Below, in pieces: positions 29,907-41,221 of a DNA stretch of 44,579 nt. The notes under the pieces are model-generated. The model made no database searches. It was not told the origin of the DNA and saw only the letters and a list, made by a program, of their open reading frames with translations. Position 1 is the first letter of the stretch, and each line of letters opens with the position of its first letter. The translations under genes were made by a program, and so were the position numbers. The stretch is from Planococcus sp. (in: firmicutes) (GTDB lineage: Bacteria > Bacillota > Bacilli > Bacillales_A > Planococcaceae), in contig JASKZU010000155.1 in assembly GCA_030147455.1 (NCBI GenBank), positions 1-44,579 on the forward strand. The letters are read 5' to 3'.

Positions 29907-30857
29907 TTGTCTTTTGCATCCGAAACAAAGAAAGAAATGACCCAAATCGAAGTAGATGATTGCTGCGGGAAAGCTGAACTTTCCGCTATGATCCGCATGA
30001 ACGGCACATTATCTTTTTCCAACCGCCAGCTGAGCCTGGATATCCAAACGGAAAATGCGGCCATCGCGCGCAGAATTTATACATTGCTGAAAAGATTTTA
30101 CCGGGCATATCCAGTAGAACTGCTGGTCCGGAAAAAAATGCGTTTGAAAAAAAACAATGTTTATATTTGCCGCTTGCGAGAAGGCGCCAAACAAGTGTTG
30201 GAAGATTTATTGATCCTATCCGAAGGGTTTCAGTTTCAGCAAGACATCTCACCTGAATTGATCGAGAACACATGCTGCAAACGCGCATACTTGCGCGGCG
30301 CATTCTTGGCCGGAGGATCTGTCAACAACCCGGAGACTTCTTCTTATCATTTGGAGATCTACTCTTCATACAAGGACCATGCCGAGTCATTGGTCGAATT
30401 GATGAATCATTTTACATTAAACAGCAAAATGATCGAACGAAAAAAAGGCTTTGTCACATACTTAAAAGAAGCAGAAAAAATTGCCGATTTTCTAAGCTTG
30501 ACCGGCGCACATACGGCGCTGTTGAAATTTGAAGATGTCCGTATATTGAGAGATATGCGCAACAGCGTCAACCGCCTCGTCAATTGCGAAACCGCCAACT
30601 TAAATAAAACGATTGATGCCGCACTGCGTCAAATTGAAAATATTCGATTTATCGATCAAGTGATCGGCATCGACCAGTTGCCGGACCGCTTGAAAGAAAT
30701 TGCCCGCTTGCGCGTCGAGCACCAGGACGTAACGTTGAAAGAGCTTGGGGAAATGGTGTCGGCAGGAAAAGTAAGCAAATCAGGCGTGAACCACCGGCTC
30801 CGGAAAATCGATGAGATTGCCGAGTCGTTGAGAAAAGGCGAAACGATCAGCCGCTAA
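29907..30857 (+). CDS. whiA: DNA-binding protein WhiA
   Basis: [45 protein letters not shown] start at 29907 after AAAGGAG. Confidence 0.96.
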   Translation: MSFASETKKEMTQIEVDDCCGKAELSAMIRMNGTLSFSNRQLSLDIQTENAAIARRIYTLLKRFYRAYPVELLVRKKMRLKKNNVYICRLREGAKQVLEDLLILSEGFQFQQDISPELIENTCCKRAYLRGAFLAGGSVNNPETSSYHLEIYSSYKDHAESLVELMNHFTLNSKMIERKKGFVTYLKEAEKIADFLSLTGAHTALLKFEDVRILRDMRNSVNRLVNCETANLNKTIDAALRQIENIRFIDQVIGIDQLPDRLKEIARLRVEHQDVTLKELGEMVSAGKVSKSGVNHRLRKIDEIAESLRKGETISR

Positions 30858-30914
30858 ACCGGTTGTTCTTTGCTATAGATTGTAGAAGAGTCGAGTTTTC
30901 GGAGGAGGATATGC

Positions 30915-31172
30915 ATGGTGGAAAAACAAGTGGAAGTGCAATTGAAAACAGGATTACAGGCGCGGCAGGCCGCGTTGTTTGTTCAAGAAGCGAACCGCTA
31001 TAGTTCGGATGTTTACTTGGAAAAAGGCGAAAAGAAAGTTAATGCCAAAAGTATTATGGGCATTATGAGCCTGGCTATCAGTAAAGGCACAAACATAACC
31101 ATCTCGGCTGACGGCGCAGATGAAAAAGCCGCTGTAGAAGCTCTGGCGCAATTGGTCGAACAGGAAGTTTAA
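30915..31172 (+). CDS. crh: Catabolite repression HPr-like protein Crh
   Basis: HPr-like sequence with Gln15 in place of His15; Ser46 in NAKSIMG; follows whiA. Confidence 0.92.
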   Translation: MVEKQVEVQLKTGLQARQAALFVQEANRYSSDVYLEKGEKKVNAKSIMGIMSLAISKGTNITISADGADEKAAVEALAQLVEQEV

Positions 31173-31198
31173 ACGTTATCATCCAATAGTTTTCCATA

Positions 31199-31232
31199 AA
31201 AAAAGCTGCTTCCAATTGGAAGCAGCTTTTTT
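31199..31232. terminator. Bidirectional terminator (34-bp perfect palindrome)
   Basis: AAAAAAGCTGCTTCCAA|TTGGAAGCAGCTTTTTT between convergent crh and clpP. Confidence 0.92.
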
Positions 31233-31238
31233 AGCAAA

Positions 31239-31850
31239 TTAATCTTCTTTTTTATGATCGCCAGGCATTTTGCTGCGCGTGATGATTTGATCGATCAATC
31301 CATATTCGAGTGCGCGATCAGCAGTCATGAAGTTATCACGGTCTGTGTCGCGTGAAATCACATCAAGCGGCTGGCCTGTGCGCTCTGAAAGAATTTCGTT
31401 GAGCTTTTCGCGAAGGAAAAGAATGCGCTTGGCCGCGATTTCGATTTCAGTCGCTTGGCCTTGTGCTCCTCCGAGTGGTTGGTGAATCATGACTTCGGCA
31501 TTAGGAAGCGCATAGCGTTTGCCTTTCGTGCCGGCTGCCAAGAGGAAAGCTCCCATAGATGCAGCCATACCGATGCAGACAGTTTGGACATCAGGCTTGA
31601 TGAATTGCATAACATCGTAGATGGCCATGCCGGCAGTGATGCTGCCGCCTGGGCTGTTGATGTAGATGGAAATATCCTTTTCCGGATCTTCCGCTTCAAG
31701 GAACAGCAATTGCGCGACGATGGAGTTTGCTACATTGTCGTCGATGCCGCTGCCGAGCATAATGACGCGGTCTTTCAAAAGGCGTGAGTAAATATCGTAC
31801 GCACGCTCGCCTCTGCTTGTTTGCTCAATTACAGTAGGGATTAAATTCAT
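31239..31850 (-). CDS. clpP: ATP-dependent Clp protease proteolytic subunit
   Basis: [34 protein letters not shown]. Confidence 0.99.
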   Translation of the reverse strand: MNLIPTVIEQTSRGERAYDIYSRLLKDRVIMLGSGIDDNVANSIVAQLLFLEAEDPEKDISIYINSPGGSITAGMAIYDVMQFIKPDVQTVCIGMAASMGAFLLAAGTKGKRYALPNAEVMIHQPLGGAQGQATEIEIAAKRILFLREKLNEILSERTGQPLDVISRDTDRDNFMTADRALEYGLIDQIITRSKMPGDHKKED

Positions 31851-31911
31851 GGTAAATTTCCTCCTTTAGGTAAATGTGAATGCTGCTGAAACGGTGTTCA
31901 GCTGTATATTT

Positions 31912-31942
31912 ATCATACACATCTTGGTCAATGAAGGTCAAA
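31912..31942 (-). promoter_or_regulatory. clpP SigA promoter with overlapping CtsR operator
   Basis: GGTCAAT-GAA-GGTCAAA (31926-31942) fits the CtsR heptad direct repeat; minus strand TTGACC-N18-TATGAT. Confidence 0.88.
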
Positions 31943-31966
31943 TCTAACGTATTGCAAAAAAGTACC

Positions 31967-31995
31967 TTGAATTTTGCCGAAAGCTTTTGTATAAT
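31967..31995 (+). promoter_or_regulatory. SigA promoter of tRNA-Arg
   Basis: TTGAAT-N17-TATAAT. Confidence 0.75.
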
Positions 31996-32016
31996 AGAAA
32001 AGTCGTTAAAGACATT

Positions 32017-32088
32017 GCCCTCGTAGTGTAAAGGATAACACGTAAGATTCCGGTTCTTGAGATGGGGGTTCGATTCCCTCCGAGGGTG
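32017..32088 (+). tRNA. tRNA-Arg(CCG), CCA not encoded
   Basis: Acceptor GCCCTCG/CGAGGGT, D arm GTGT/ACAC, anticodon arm TAAGA-TTCCGGT-TCTTG, T arm GGGGG-TTCGATT-CCCTC; followed by TCA. Confidence 0.97.
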
Positions 32089-32098
32089 TCAGATCAAT

Positions 32099-32135
32099 AA
32101 AGCCGCACAGCCCTTCAGGGCTGTGCGGCTTTTCT
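32099..32135 (+). terminator. tRNA terminator
   Basis: AAAGCCGCACAGCCCT-TC-AGGGCTGTGCGGCTTTT. Confidence 0.9.
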
Positions 32136-32277
32136 GTTTGCCCTGTGCCGCAACCGGCTAAACAGCCGAATGGACGAAAGCAGCATAGGAAATTATTATG
32201 GTAGAAGAAAAGCTCTTGAAGACGAATTCATTTTCAGCAACTAAACAAGCAGCACAAACAACAAAGGAGGAAAAGAG

Positions 32278-32508
32278 ATGTACACATTATATACACGCCC
32301 GAACTGCGGTTTATGTGAAGAAGCGAAAGCTGCGCTGCAGCTCCTGCAGGAAGATTTCCCAGTCCGATTCGAGGAAATCAATATCGAGACAGACGAGCTG
32401 CTGCATGAACAGTATGCATTGATGATTCCTGTACTGGCCAAGCAGGAGCAAATCTTGATCTATGGAAATTTCGGCTATGGGGAACTGCTGGAAGCGTTGA
32501 TTTTATAA
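32278..32508 (+). CDS. Glutaredoxin-like protein (DUF836-type)
   Basis: YTRPNCGLC CxxC motif, EINIETDELL, IPV; AAAGGAGG RBS; directly upstream of cggR. Confidence 0.85.
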   Translation: MYTLYTRPNCGLCEEAKAALQLLQEDFPVRFEEINIETDELLHEQYALMIPVLAKQEQILIYGNFGYGELLEALIL

Positions 32509-32521
32509 CGCTTCTTTTTAT

Positions 32522-32550
32522 TTGCATATTTTCACCGGCTCGGCTACAAT
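32522..32550 (+). promoter_or_regulatory. SigA promoter of cggR-gap
   Basis: TTGCAT-N17-TACAAT. Confidence 0.75.
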
Positions 32551-32558
32551 GTTGGTAG

Positions 32559-32594
32559 TGGGACGAAATAAAACTTGGTGGGACGATAAATGTC
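32559..32594 (+). promoter_or_regulatory. CggR operator
   Basis: TGGGAC-N6-AAAC-N4-TGGGAC-N6-TGTC: 20-bp-spaced direct repeat like CGGGAC-N6-TGTC-N4-CGGGAC-N6-TGTC. Confidence 0.85.
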
Positions 32595-32612
32595 CAACAA
32601 AGGGGTGGAGCG

Positions 32613-33656
32613 ATGGATCCAGTTCTCCAAGCGCAAGTTCACATTATGCCTGAATTGCCTGTTTTGCTGAAAAAGCGCTATAGCATACTCGAGCTGATTC
32701 AAGCCGAGCAGCCTATAGGAAGACGCACATTGAGCGAAATGACAGGCGCAGCTGAAAGAGAAATACGCAAAGAGACGGACCTGTTGCGTGACCATGCCTT
32801 AATCGAGATGAACAAAAGCGGCATGACGTTAACCGTTCTTGGGGCCAGTGTATTAACGCAGCTCCAGGGATTGGTCAGAGAACTGTCTGGAACGGCTGCT
32901 TTGGAAGCGGAGCTCGAAGAAAAACTCGGGATCCAACAAGCAATCGTCCTGACGGGTGACAGCGACCGGCTGCCATCCGTCAAAACAGCAATCGGCCGTC
33001 AAGCTGCCCGCCAAGTAGAACAATTATTTGAAAACAGCCGGACAATCGCGGTTACCGGTGGCAGCACAATGGCTGCTGTCGCTGCTGAAATCCGCCCGGC
33101 CAAGAAAAACGGCAGCATGCATTTTGTCGCTGCAAGGGGCGGCCTTGGTGAAGATATGCATCACCAGGCCAACACTATTGCTTCTTCTTTTGCCGAAAAA
33201 GCAGGCGGCGCTGTCCGCACACTGTATTTGCCCGAACATTTGAGTGCAGAAGCCTTGGAAATGATGATGAAAGAACCTGTCATCAAAGAAATGATGGAGC
33301 TTTATGATCAAACTGATTTGGTGGTCCATGGCATCGGCGTAGCCGAAGAAATGGCAGCCAGGCGGCGTTCTTCACATGAAGAAGTAGAGAAAATCAAGAC
33401 GGGTGGAGCTGTCAGTGAAGCGTTCGGCTATTATTTCGATAAAAACGGAAAAATAGTTTACCGCATCCCGACAGCGGGCATTCAATTAGAGCAAGTACAA
33501 AAAGTGCCCGGCATTATAGCGGTGGCAGGCGGCCAAACAAAAGCCCGTGCCATCGAATCCTATTTCCGGGCAGCGCCGGCCCGTACCATTCTCATTACAG
33601 ATGAAGGTGCGGCGCAAGCAATCTTAAATCCCAAAACAAAATTGGAGGAATTATAA
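32613..33656 (+). CDS. cggR: Central glycolytic genes regulator (SorC/DeoR family)
   Basis: QPIGRRTL wHTH, VTGGSTM, ARGGLGE, EAFGYYFD, LITDEGAA. Confidence 0.95.
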   Translation: MDPVLQAQVHIMPELPVLLKKRYSILELIQAEQPIGRRTLSEMTGAAEREIRKETDLLRDHALIEMNKSGMTLTVLGASVLTQLQGLVRELSGTAALEAELEEKLGIQQAIVLTGDSDRLPSVKTAIGRQAARQVEQLFENSRTIAVTGGSTMAAVAAEIRPAKKNGSMHFVAARGGLGEDMHHQANTIASSFAEKAGGAVRTLYLPEHLSAEALEMMMKEPVIKEMMELYDQTDLVVHGIGVAEEMAARRRSSHEEVEKIKTGGAVSEAFGYYFDKNGKIVYRIPTAGIQLEQVQKVPGIIAVAGGQTKARAIESYFRAAPARTILITDEGAAQAILNPKTKLEEL

Positions 33657-34664
33657 ATGACAGTAAAATTAGCAATTAATGGCTTTGGCCGTATCGGCCG
33701 TGTTGTATTCCGTCAAGCACTTGAAAACGAAAACGTGGAAGTAGTAGCAGTAAACGACCTTTCTGATGCTGAAATGCTTGCACATCTTTTGAAATATGAT
33801 TCTGTACACGGCACGTTGAACGCAGACGTTTCTGCTAAAGATGGTTCAATCTTCGTAGACGGCAAAGAAATCAAAGTCTTCGCTGAAAAAGACCCTGCTC
33901 AATTGCCATGGAAAGAGCAAAACGTCGATATCGTTATCGAATCAACTGGGATCTTCACGACTGAAGAAGCTGCTTCTAAGCACATCGAAGCCGGCGCTAA
34001 AAAAGTCATCGTTTCTGCACCAGGCAAAAACGGCATGAAGATGCTTGTCATGGGCGTAAACGAAGATTCTTACAACCCAGAAGAGCACCACGTTGTTTCC
34101 AACGCTTCATGTACAACAAACGGCTTGTCCGGCATTTCTAAAGTGTTGAACGAAAAGTTCGGCATCAAAAAAGCCATGATGACAACAATTCACTCATACA
34201 CGAACGACCAAGCTTTGCTTGATGCACCTCACTCTGACTACCGCCGTGCGCGCGCAGCAGCTGAGTCAATGATTCCGACAACAACTGGCGCAGCGAAATC
34301 TGTTGCAAAAGTATTGCCTGAATTGGAAGGCAAAATCGACGGAATGGCGATCCGCGTTCCAACACCAAACGTTTCATTGATCGACCTTGTAGCTGAACTT
34401 GAGCAGGATGCTTCTATTGAAGAAGTAAACCAAGTGCTTAAAGAAGCAACTGAAAACGAACTTAACGGCTACTTGGAATACAGTGAATTGCCGCTAGTAT
34501 CACGCGACTTCAACGGCAGCAGAGCTTCTGCTACAGTAGATGCACAATCTACTATGGCTTTGGGCGGAAACATGGTTAAAGTACTTGCTTGGTACGATAA
34601 CGAATCCGGCTACTCTGCACGTTGCATCGACTTGGCAGTGTTCATGTCTAAAAAAGGGCTGTAA
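33657..34664 (+). CDS. gap: Type I glyceraldehyde-3-phosphate dehydrogenase (GapA-type)
   Basis: INGFGRIGR, VNDL (Asp typical of NAD enzymes), SNASCTTN, RVPTPNVS, WYDNE. Confidence 0.98.
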   Translation: MTVKLAINGFGRIGRVVFRQALENENVEVVAVNDLSDAEMLAHLLKYDSVHGTLNADVSAKDGSIFVDGKEIKVFAEKDPAQLPWKEQNVDIVIESTGIFTTEEAASKHIEAGAKKVIVSAPGKNGMKMLVMGVNEDSYNPEEHHVVSNASCTTNGLSGISKVLNEKFGIKKAMMTTIHSYTNDQALLDAPHSDYRRARAAAESMIPTTTGAAKSVAKVLPELEGKIDGMAIRVPTPNVSLIDLVAELEQDASIEEVNQVLKEATENELNGYLEYSELPLVSRDFNGSRASATVDAQSTMALGGNMVKVLAWYDNESGYSARCIDLAVFMSKKGL

Positions 34665-34715
34665 TTTGAAAATCATAGCTTAATTACCGATGAACCTCTA
34701 TAATGAAGAGGGTAA

Positions 34716-34751
34716 AAGGGGTGGGGAATTAACCCCACCCCTTATTTTTTT
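34716..34751 (+). terminator. Terminator-like hairpin between gap and pgk
   Basis: AAGGGGTGGGG-AATTAA-CCCCACCCCTT-ATTTTTTT. Confidence 0.75.
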
Positions 34752-34774
34752 GAATATAATTAGGAGGTATTTTC

Positions 34775-35959
34775 ATGTTGCAGAAAATGACCATGAAAGA
34801 CTTGGAGTTGAAAGAAAAACGCGTTTTTTGCCGTGTTGACTTTAACGTGCCGATGGAAGACGGAAAAGTAACCGATGATACACGCATCCGGGCGGCATTG
34901 CCAACAATCAAGTATTTGGCTGAACAAGGCGCGAAAGTAATTTTGGCCAGCCACTTGGGACGTCCAAAAGGCCAAGTGAACGAAGACATGAGACTTGCAG
35001 CAGCTGGAGCCAGATTGTCTGATTTGCTCGGCAGCGACGTGAAATGCCTGCAGGAATCTGTAGGGGAGACAGTTGAACAGGAAATTGCAGCGCTCGAACC
35101 CGGCCACGTCCTATTGCTTGAAAACGTCCGTTTCCATAGCGGCGAAGAAAAAAATGATCCAGAACTTGCGAAGCAATTTGCTGCACTGGCAGATGTGTTT
35201 GTCAATGATGCATTTGGTGCAGCGCACAGAGCGCACGCTTCTACTGCAGGAATCGCGGAGCATTTGCCGGCCGTTTCAGGGCTGCTGCTCGAAAAAGAAC
35301 TAGCCGTTCTCGGCAAAGCATTGTCAGAGCCTGAGCGCCCGTTCACCGCAATTATCGGGGGAGCAAAAGTTAAAGATAAAATCGGCGTTATCGACCACTT
35401 GCTCGACATCGTCGACAACTTGATTATCGGCGGCGGTTTGTCTTACACATTCGTGAAAGCACAAGGCCATGAAATTGGCACTTCACTTATCGAAGAAGAT
35501 AAGATGGAACTGGCAAGATCGTTTATCGACAAAGCAAAAGAAAAAGGCGTTAAGTTGTATTTGCCGATCGACATAACAGTGGCGGATGATTTCTCGAAAG
35601 ACGCCCAAACAAAAATCGTCAAAACCGAGGAAATCCCTTCTGACTGGATGGGCCTCGACATCGGTTCTGAAACAGCGAAGCTGTATGCTGACGTAATTAA
35701 AGATTCTAAGCTGATCATTTGGAACGGGCCTATGGGCGTGTTCGAAATGGAAAAATTCGCAAACGGCACGAAAGCAGTAGCTCAAGCGATGGCTGAAACA
35801 GCCGGCTATACAGTGATCGGCGGCGGCGATTCTGCTGCTGCGGTCGAGAAATTCGGCGTAGCTGATCAAATGGATCATATTTCTACAGGCGGCGGTGCTT
35901 CTTTGGAATTCATGGAAGGCAAAGATTTGCCTGGCGTAACCGCATTAACCGATAAATAA
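34775..35959 (+). CDS. pgk: Phosphoglycerate kinase
   Basis: [40 protein letters not shown]. Confidence 0.99.
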   Translation: MLQKMTMKDLELKEKRVFCRVDFNVPMEDGKVTDDTRIRAALPTIKYLAEQGAKVILASHLGRPKGQVNEDMRLAAAGARLSDLLGSDVKCLQESVGETVEQEIAALEPGHVLLLENVRFHSGEEKNDPELAKQFAALADVFVNDAFGAAHRAHASTAGIAEHLPAVSGLLLEKELAVLGKALSEPERPFTAIIGGAKVKDKIGVIDHLLDIVDNLIIGGGLSYTFVKAQGHEIGTSLIEEDKMELARSFIDKAKEKGVKLYLPIDITVADDFSKDAQTKIVKTEEIPSDWMGLDIGSETAKLYADVIKDSKLIIWNGPMGVFEMEKFANGTKAVAQAMAETAGYTVIGGGDSAAAVEKFGVADQMDHISTGGGASLEFMEGKDLPGVTALTDK

Positions 35960-35972
35960 AGGGAGTGTTTTT

Positions 35973-36734
35973 GTGAGAAAACCAATCATTGCAGGAAACT
36001 GGAAAATGTACAAAACCGCATCACAGGCAAAAGAGTTTGTCGAAAAAGTCAACGGCTTGATCCCGGACGAAAGCAAGCTGGACGCAGTCATCTGCGCACC
36101 TGCGCTTTACTTGTCGCAAATGGTCGGCGCTGCAGAAAACAGCGCGCTTAAAATCGGCGCGCAAACAATGCACGAAAAAGGCGAAGGGGCATTCACAGGC
36201 GAAATCAGCCCTGTTCAATTAGCTGACATCGGCGTGGATTATGTCGTCATCGGCCATTCAGAACGCCGCCAGTATTTTAACGAAACAGACGAATCCGTCA
36301 ATGCCAAAGTAAAAGCGGCATTTTCACATCAGCTGCTTCCGATTCTTTGTGTAGGCGAAACGTTGGAAGAACGCGAAAGCGGGCAAACCGACAGCATCGT
36401 TGAATCTCAAGTGGAAAAGGGCCTGGCTGGTTTGACAGATGCACAACTCGCAGAATTGGTCATTGCCTATGAACCGGTATGGGCAATCGGCACCGGCAAA
36501 ACGGCCACTGCTGAAGATGCAAACGAAGTATGCGGCGTAGTCCGCAAGAAAGTTGCGGCGTTGTACAGCAGCGAAACAGCTGATAAGCTGCGCATTCAAT
36601 ACGGCGGCAGCGTAAAACCCGACAACATTCAAGAACTTTTGTCAAAAGAGCATATTGACGGGGCATTAGTCGGCGGCGCAAGTTTGGAAGCAGATTCATT
36701 CGTGAAGCTGTTGGAGGCGGGATCGAATGCGTAA
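35973..36734 (+). CDS. tpiA: Triosephosphate isomerase
   Basis: [32 protein letters not shown] start. Confidence 0.99.
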   Translation: MRKPIIAGNWKMYKTASQAKEFVEKVNGLIPDESKLDAVICAPALYLSQMVGAAENSALKIGAQTMHEKGEGAFTGEISPVQLADIGVDYVVIGHSERRQYFNETDESVNAKVKAAFSHQLLPILCVGETLEERESGQTDSIVESQVEKGLAGLTDAQLAELVIAYEPVWAIGTGKTATAEDANEVCGVVRKKVAALYSSETADKLRIQYGGSVKPDNIQELLSKEHIDGALVGGASLEADSFVKLLEAGSNA

Positions 36735-38259
36735 AACGGCAAATCCGGCTGCCCTGATCATCTTGGATGGTTTTGGCTGCCGTGAAGAAACCGCTGGAAA
36801 TGCAGTTGCACAAGCCCATAAGCCGAACTTTGACCGCTTATGGAACGAATACCCGCATGAAATGCTGACAGCTTCAGGCGAAGCTGTTGGCTTGCCGGAC
36901 GGCCAAATGGGCAATTCAGAAGTGGGCCATTTAAACATCGGTGCTGGACGGATTGTCTATCAGAACTTGACGCGCATCCATAAATCAATCAAAGACGGCG
37001 ACTTTTTCCAAAACCCGGCCTTTTTAGATGCTGTGCTCAACGCCAAAGAAAACGGCAAAGCGCTTCACGTCATGGGCTTGCTCAGTGACGGGGGCGTCCA
37101 TAGCCACTATGAACATTTATTTGCCCTGTTGCGCCTTGCCAAACAGCAAGGGCTGAGCGAAGTCTACGTCCACGGCTTTTTAGATGGCCGCGATGTTGGG
37201 CCGAAAACGGCGCTCCGCTATATAGAGGAAACCGAAAAGCAAATGCAGCAAATCGGCATCGGGCGCTTCGCTTCGATTAGCGGACGCTATTATGCGATGG
37301 ACCGCGATCGCCGCTGGGAACGAGTGGAACTGGCTTACCGCGTAATGGTGGATGGTACAGGACCGCGTGCTCGTTCAGCAAAAGAAGGCGTGGAAGCATC
37401 CTACGCTGAAGGCATTGTAGATGAATTCATCCTGCCGTTTACAGTAGCTGAAGACGGCGCTATACCTGCAACGATCGCATCTGGCGATTCGGTTATTTTC
37501 TTTAACTTCCGACCGGACCGCGCCATCCAAACAACGGCGGCGTTAACACGCCCTGATTTCGCGCATTTTGCACTAAGCGTTGAACATCCGCAAAACTTGC
37601 TGTTTGTGAGTTTCACTACATACAGTGAAGAATTGAATACGCGCATCGCTTATGATGCGGTCAACTTGGTCAATACGATCGGTGAAGTCCTGTCTGCCAA
37701 CGGCATGAAGCAATTGCGCATTGCCGAGACGGAAAAATATCCGCACGTTACGTTCTTTATGAGCGGCGGCCGTGAAGAAACATTCCCGGGAGAAGACCGG
37801 ATTTTGGTGGCTTCTCCGAAAGTGGCTACGTACGATTTGCAGCCGGAAATGAGCGCTTATGAAGTGACCGACCGGCTCGTTGAACAAATCGATGCTGGCG
37901 CACACGATGCCATTATCTTGAACTTTGCCAACCCGGACATGGTTGGCCACAGCGGCATGCTGGAGCCGACAATCAAAGCAATTGAAGTAGTCGATGAGTG
38001 CCTTGGCCGCATCGTTGATGCATTGCACCGCCAAGGCGGTTCAGCGCTGATCACGGCAGACCACGGCAATGCAGACGAAGTGCTGACAGAAGACGGGCTG
38101 CCGATGACAGCGCACACGACAAACCGCGTACCGGTCATCTTGACCAAGCACGGCGAAGTGTTGCGCAGCGGCGGTATTTTGGCTGACCTGGCACCGACTA
38201 TTTTGAAACTGCTCGATGTGGAACAGCCGGTGGACATGACCGGCAAACCGCTTTATTAA
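36727..38259 (+). CDS. gpmI: 2,3-BPG-independent phosphoglycerate mutase
   Basis: [35 protein letters not shown]. Confidence 0.98.
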   Translation: MRKTANPAALIILDGFGCREETAGNAVAQAHKPNFDRLWNEYPHEMLTASGEAVGLPDGQMGNSEVGHLNIGAGRIVYQNLTRIHKSIKDGDFFQNPAFLDAVLNAKENGKALHVMGLLSDGGVHSHYEHLFALLRLAKQQGLSEVYVHGFLDGRDVGPKTALRYIEETEKQMQQIGIGRFASISGRYYAMDRDRRWERVELAYRVMVDGTGPRARSAKEGVEASYAEGIVDEFILPFTVAEDGAIPATIASGDSVIFFNFRPDRAIQTTAALTRPDFAHFALSVEHPQNLLFVSFTTYSEELNTRIAYDAVNLVNTIGEVLSANGMKQLRIAETEKYPHVTFFMSGGREETFPGEDRILVASPKVATYDLQPEMSAYEVTDRLVEQIDAGAHDAIILNFANPDMVGHSGMLEPTIKAIEVVDECLGRIVDALHRQGGSALITADHGNADEVLTEDGLPMTAHTTNRVPVILTKHGEVLRSGGILADLAPTILKLLDVEQPVDMTGKPLY

Positions 38260-38316
38260 CAATTGATCGACCAATCAGAAACAACTGCACCTAAACGGGC
38301 GCAGCACATTTATTAA

Positions 38317-39636
<1,320 letters not shown>

Positions 39637-39654
39637 GGCTGAATAAATTTTGAG

Positions 39655-39686
39655 AAGCTGCCGGGAACTTTTCCGGCAGCTTTTTT
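39655..39686 (+). terminator. eno terminator
   Basis: AAGCTGCCGGGA-ACTT-TTCCGGCAGCTT-TTTT. Confidence 0.9.
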
Positions 39687-39699
39687 GTTAGAATGTGGG

Positions 39700-39826
39700 A
39701 AGGCAATGGGCTCGTTCCAGGGGACGCTTTCCGCGGAGTGGGCATCGAGCCTCCTCGTTCGCTACGCTTCCTGCGGGGTCTCTCAAACCCACTTTTTCCG
39801 CAGGATTCGCCCTTTCACTCCGCCTT
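39700..39826. repeat. GC-rich nested-hairpin intergenic element (probable dispersed repeat, MITE/REP-like)
   Basis: Nested pairs AAGGC/GCCTT, TCCGCGGA/TCCGCAGGA, GTGGG/CCCAC, GAGCCTC/GGGGTCTC. The layout CGCTTTCCGCGG..GAGCCTCCTC..CCTGCGGGGTCTC..CCGCAGGA resembles an intergenic repeat I recall from Bacillales genomes. Only one copy in this window. Confidence 0.6.
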
Positions 39827-40043
39827 TAGGATAAGTCTTATTAAGACAATCTATGATTTCTTTTTCATGTTCGAACTTAGTGAGAGTGACGCAAAGTTTT
39901 CGCAACGGTTTTGCAGAACGACTTGTAAAGAGAATTTTTTTGATTTATCAGGAGAAGAAAATGTCTCTCATAAAGAGATGAGAAATAAATCCGTATAAAA
40001 AAGTTGAAATTGTCTTAACCATTTGTATTTTTTAGGCGCTCTA

Positions 40044-40072
40044 TTGCTTGGGGTTTCAATTTTTGGTAAACT
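40044..40072 (+). promoter_or_regulatory. SigA promoter of secG
   Basis: TTGCTT-N17-TAAACT with extended TG at 40064-40065. Confidence 0.65.
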
Positions 40073-40111
40073 AGAGTTTGTTGTGAAGGTTCTTTTCAGG
40101 AGGTGGTATTT

Positions 40112-40339
40112 ATGCATACATTGTTAATGACATTACTTCTTATCGTCTCGATCGCTTTGATTGTTGTCGTTCTATTGCAATCAGGGAAAAGTGCAGGCCT
40201 TTCAGGAGCCATCTCCGGTGGAGCAGAGCAACTTTTCGGCAAGCAAAAAGCCCGGGGGTTGGATCTTGTCCTTCATCGGGTGACGATCGTTCTTGCTGCC
40301 TTATTCTTTATTCTGGCTATCGCCGTAACGAAAGTTTAA
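40112..40339 (+). CDS. secG: Preprotein translocase subunit SecG
   Basis: [30 protein letters not shown] between two TM helices. ATG 40112 after GGAGGTG. Confidence 0.97.
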   Translation: MHTLLMTLLLIVSIALIVVVLLQSGKSAGLSGAISGGAEQLFGKQKARGLDLVLHRVTIVLAALFFILAIAVTKV

Positions 40340-40352
40340 TGTAGATGCTTAT

Positions 40353-40386
40353 CGCCTGACCATTTAGTGGTTGGGCGTTTTCTTTT
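40353..40386 (+). terminator. Terminator after secG
   Basis: CGCCTGACCAT-TTA-GTGGTTGGGCG-TTTTCTTTT (several G-U pairs). Confidence 0.7.
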
Positions 40387-40448
40387 AGGTAAAATGCCGG
40401 GTGTGGCCGGCATGAAAAATCAACAAATGACGTTGGAGGGAATTTTTT

Positions 40449-41195
40449 ATGCGTATTTCACAGCCTAAACCGTTTTTCTTCGAGCAAGGTCCTCGAGCGG
40501 TATTGCTATTGCACGGATTTACGGGGAACTCTGCCGATGTGCGGATGCTTGGCCGCTTTTTGGAAACCAAAGGCTATACGAGCATTGCACCGCATTATGC
40601 AGGGCATGGAGTGGCGCCGGAGGAACTGGTGGGCACAGGGCCTGCCGATTGGTGGCAAGACGTGGAGCGGGCCTATCAAACGCTCCTCGACAAGGGCTAT
40701 ACAGAAATTGCTGTTGCCGGATTGTCGCTCGGCGGCGTATTCAGCCTGAAACTGGGGTATACAAAACCCATCAAGGGCATTGTGACGATGTGCGCGCCGA
40801 TGTACATGAAGTCGACTGACCTGATGTATGAAGGCGTTTTGAAGTATGCCCGCGAATACAAGAATTATGAAGGAAAAGATGATAAGCTTATCGAAGAAGA
40901 GATGAGGCGCTTTAAAGAAAAGCCGATGCCAACGCTTGCTGAACTGCGCGAATTGATCGGTGAAGTCCGCGGCAGCGTCGACCATGTATACGCTCCGCTG
41001 TTCGTCGTTCAAGGTTCGCTCGATGATGTGATCAATCCTGATTCAGCCAACGTCATCTTTGAAGAAGCAGAATCGGACCATAAGCGCATCAAATGGTATG
41101 AACATTCCGGTCACGTGATTACGCTCGACCAGGAAAAAAAGCAATTGCACGATGATATATATGAGTTTCTCGAAACGCTCGACTGGAGCGTGTGA
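40449..41195 (+). CDS. Carboxylesterase (YvaK/Est30-like alpha/beta hydrolase)
   Basis: LLHGFTG, GLSLGG, SGHVIT; conserved position between secG and rnr. Confidence 0.92.
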   Translation: MRISQPKPFFFEQGPRAVLLLHGFTGNSADVRMLGRFLETKGYTSIAPHYAGHGVAPEELVGTGPADWWQDVERAYQTLLDKGYTEIAVAGLSLGGVFSLKLGYTKPIKGIVTMCAPMYMKSTDLMYEGVLKYAREYKNYEGKDDKLIEEEMRRFKEKPMPTLAELRELIGEVRGSVDHVYAPLFVVQGSLDDVINPDSANVIFEEAESDHKRIKWYEHSGHVITLDQEKKQLHDDIYEFLETLDWSV

Positions 41196-41221
41196 GACGG
41201 TATCAAAAGGAGGAGTTAGGA

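Noticed and set aside
32198..32422. 74-aa ORF overlapping the glutaredoxin-like gene
   Set aside because: Starts inside the predicted -10 box; the overlapping frame has the strong RBS and the CxxC motif.
39693..39998. 101-aa ORF after eno
   Set aside because: No RBS; it reads through the hairpin element and AT-rich spacer with no recognisable domain. Likely spurious.
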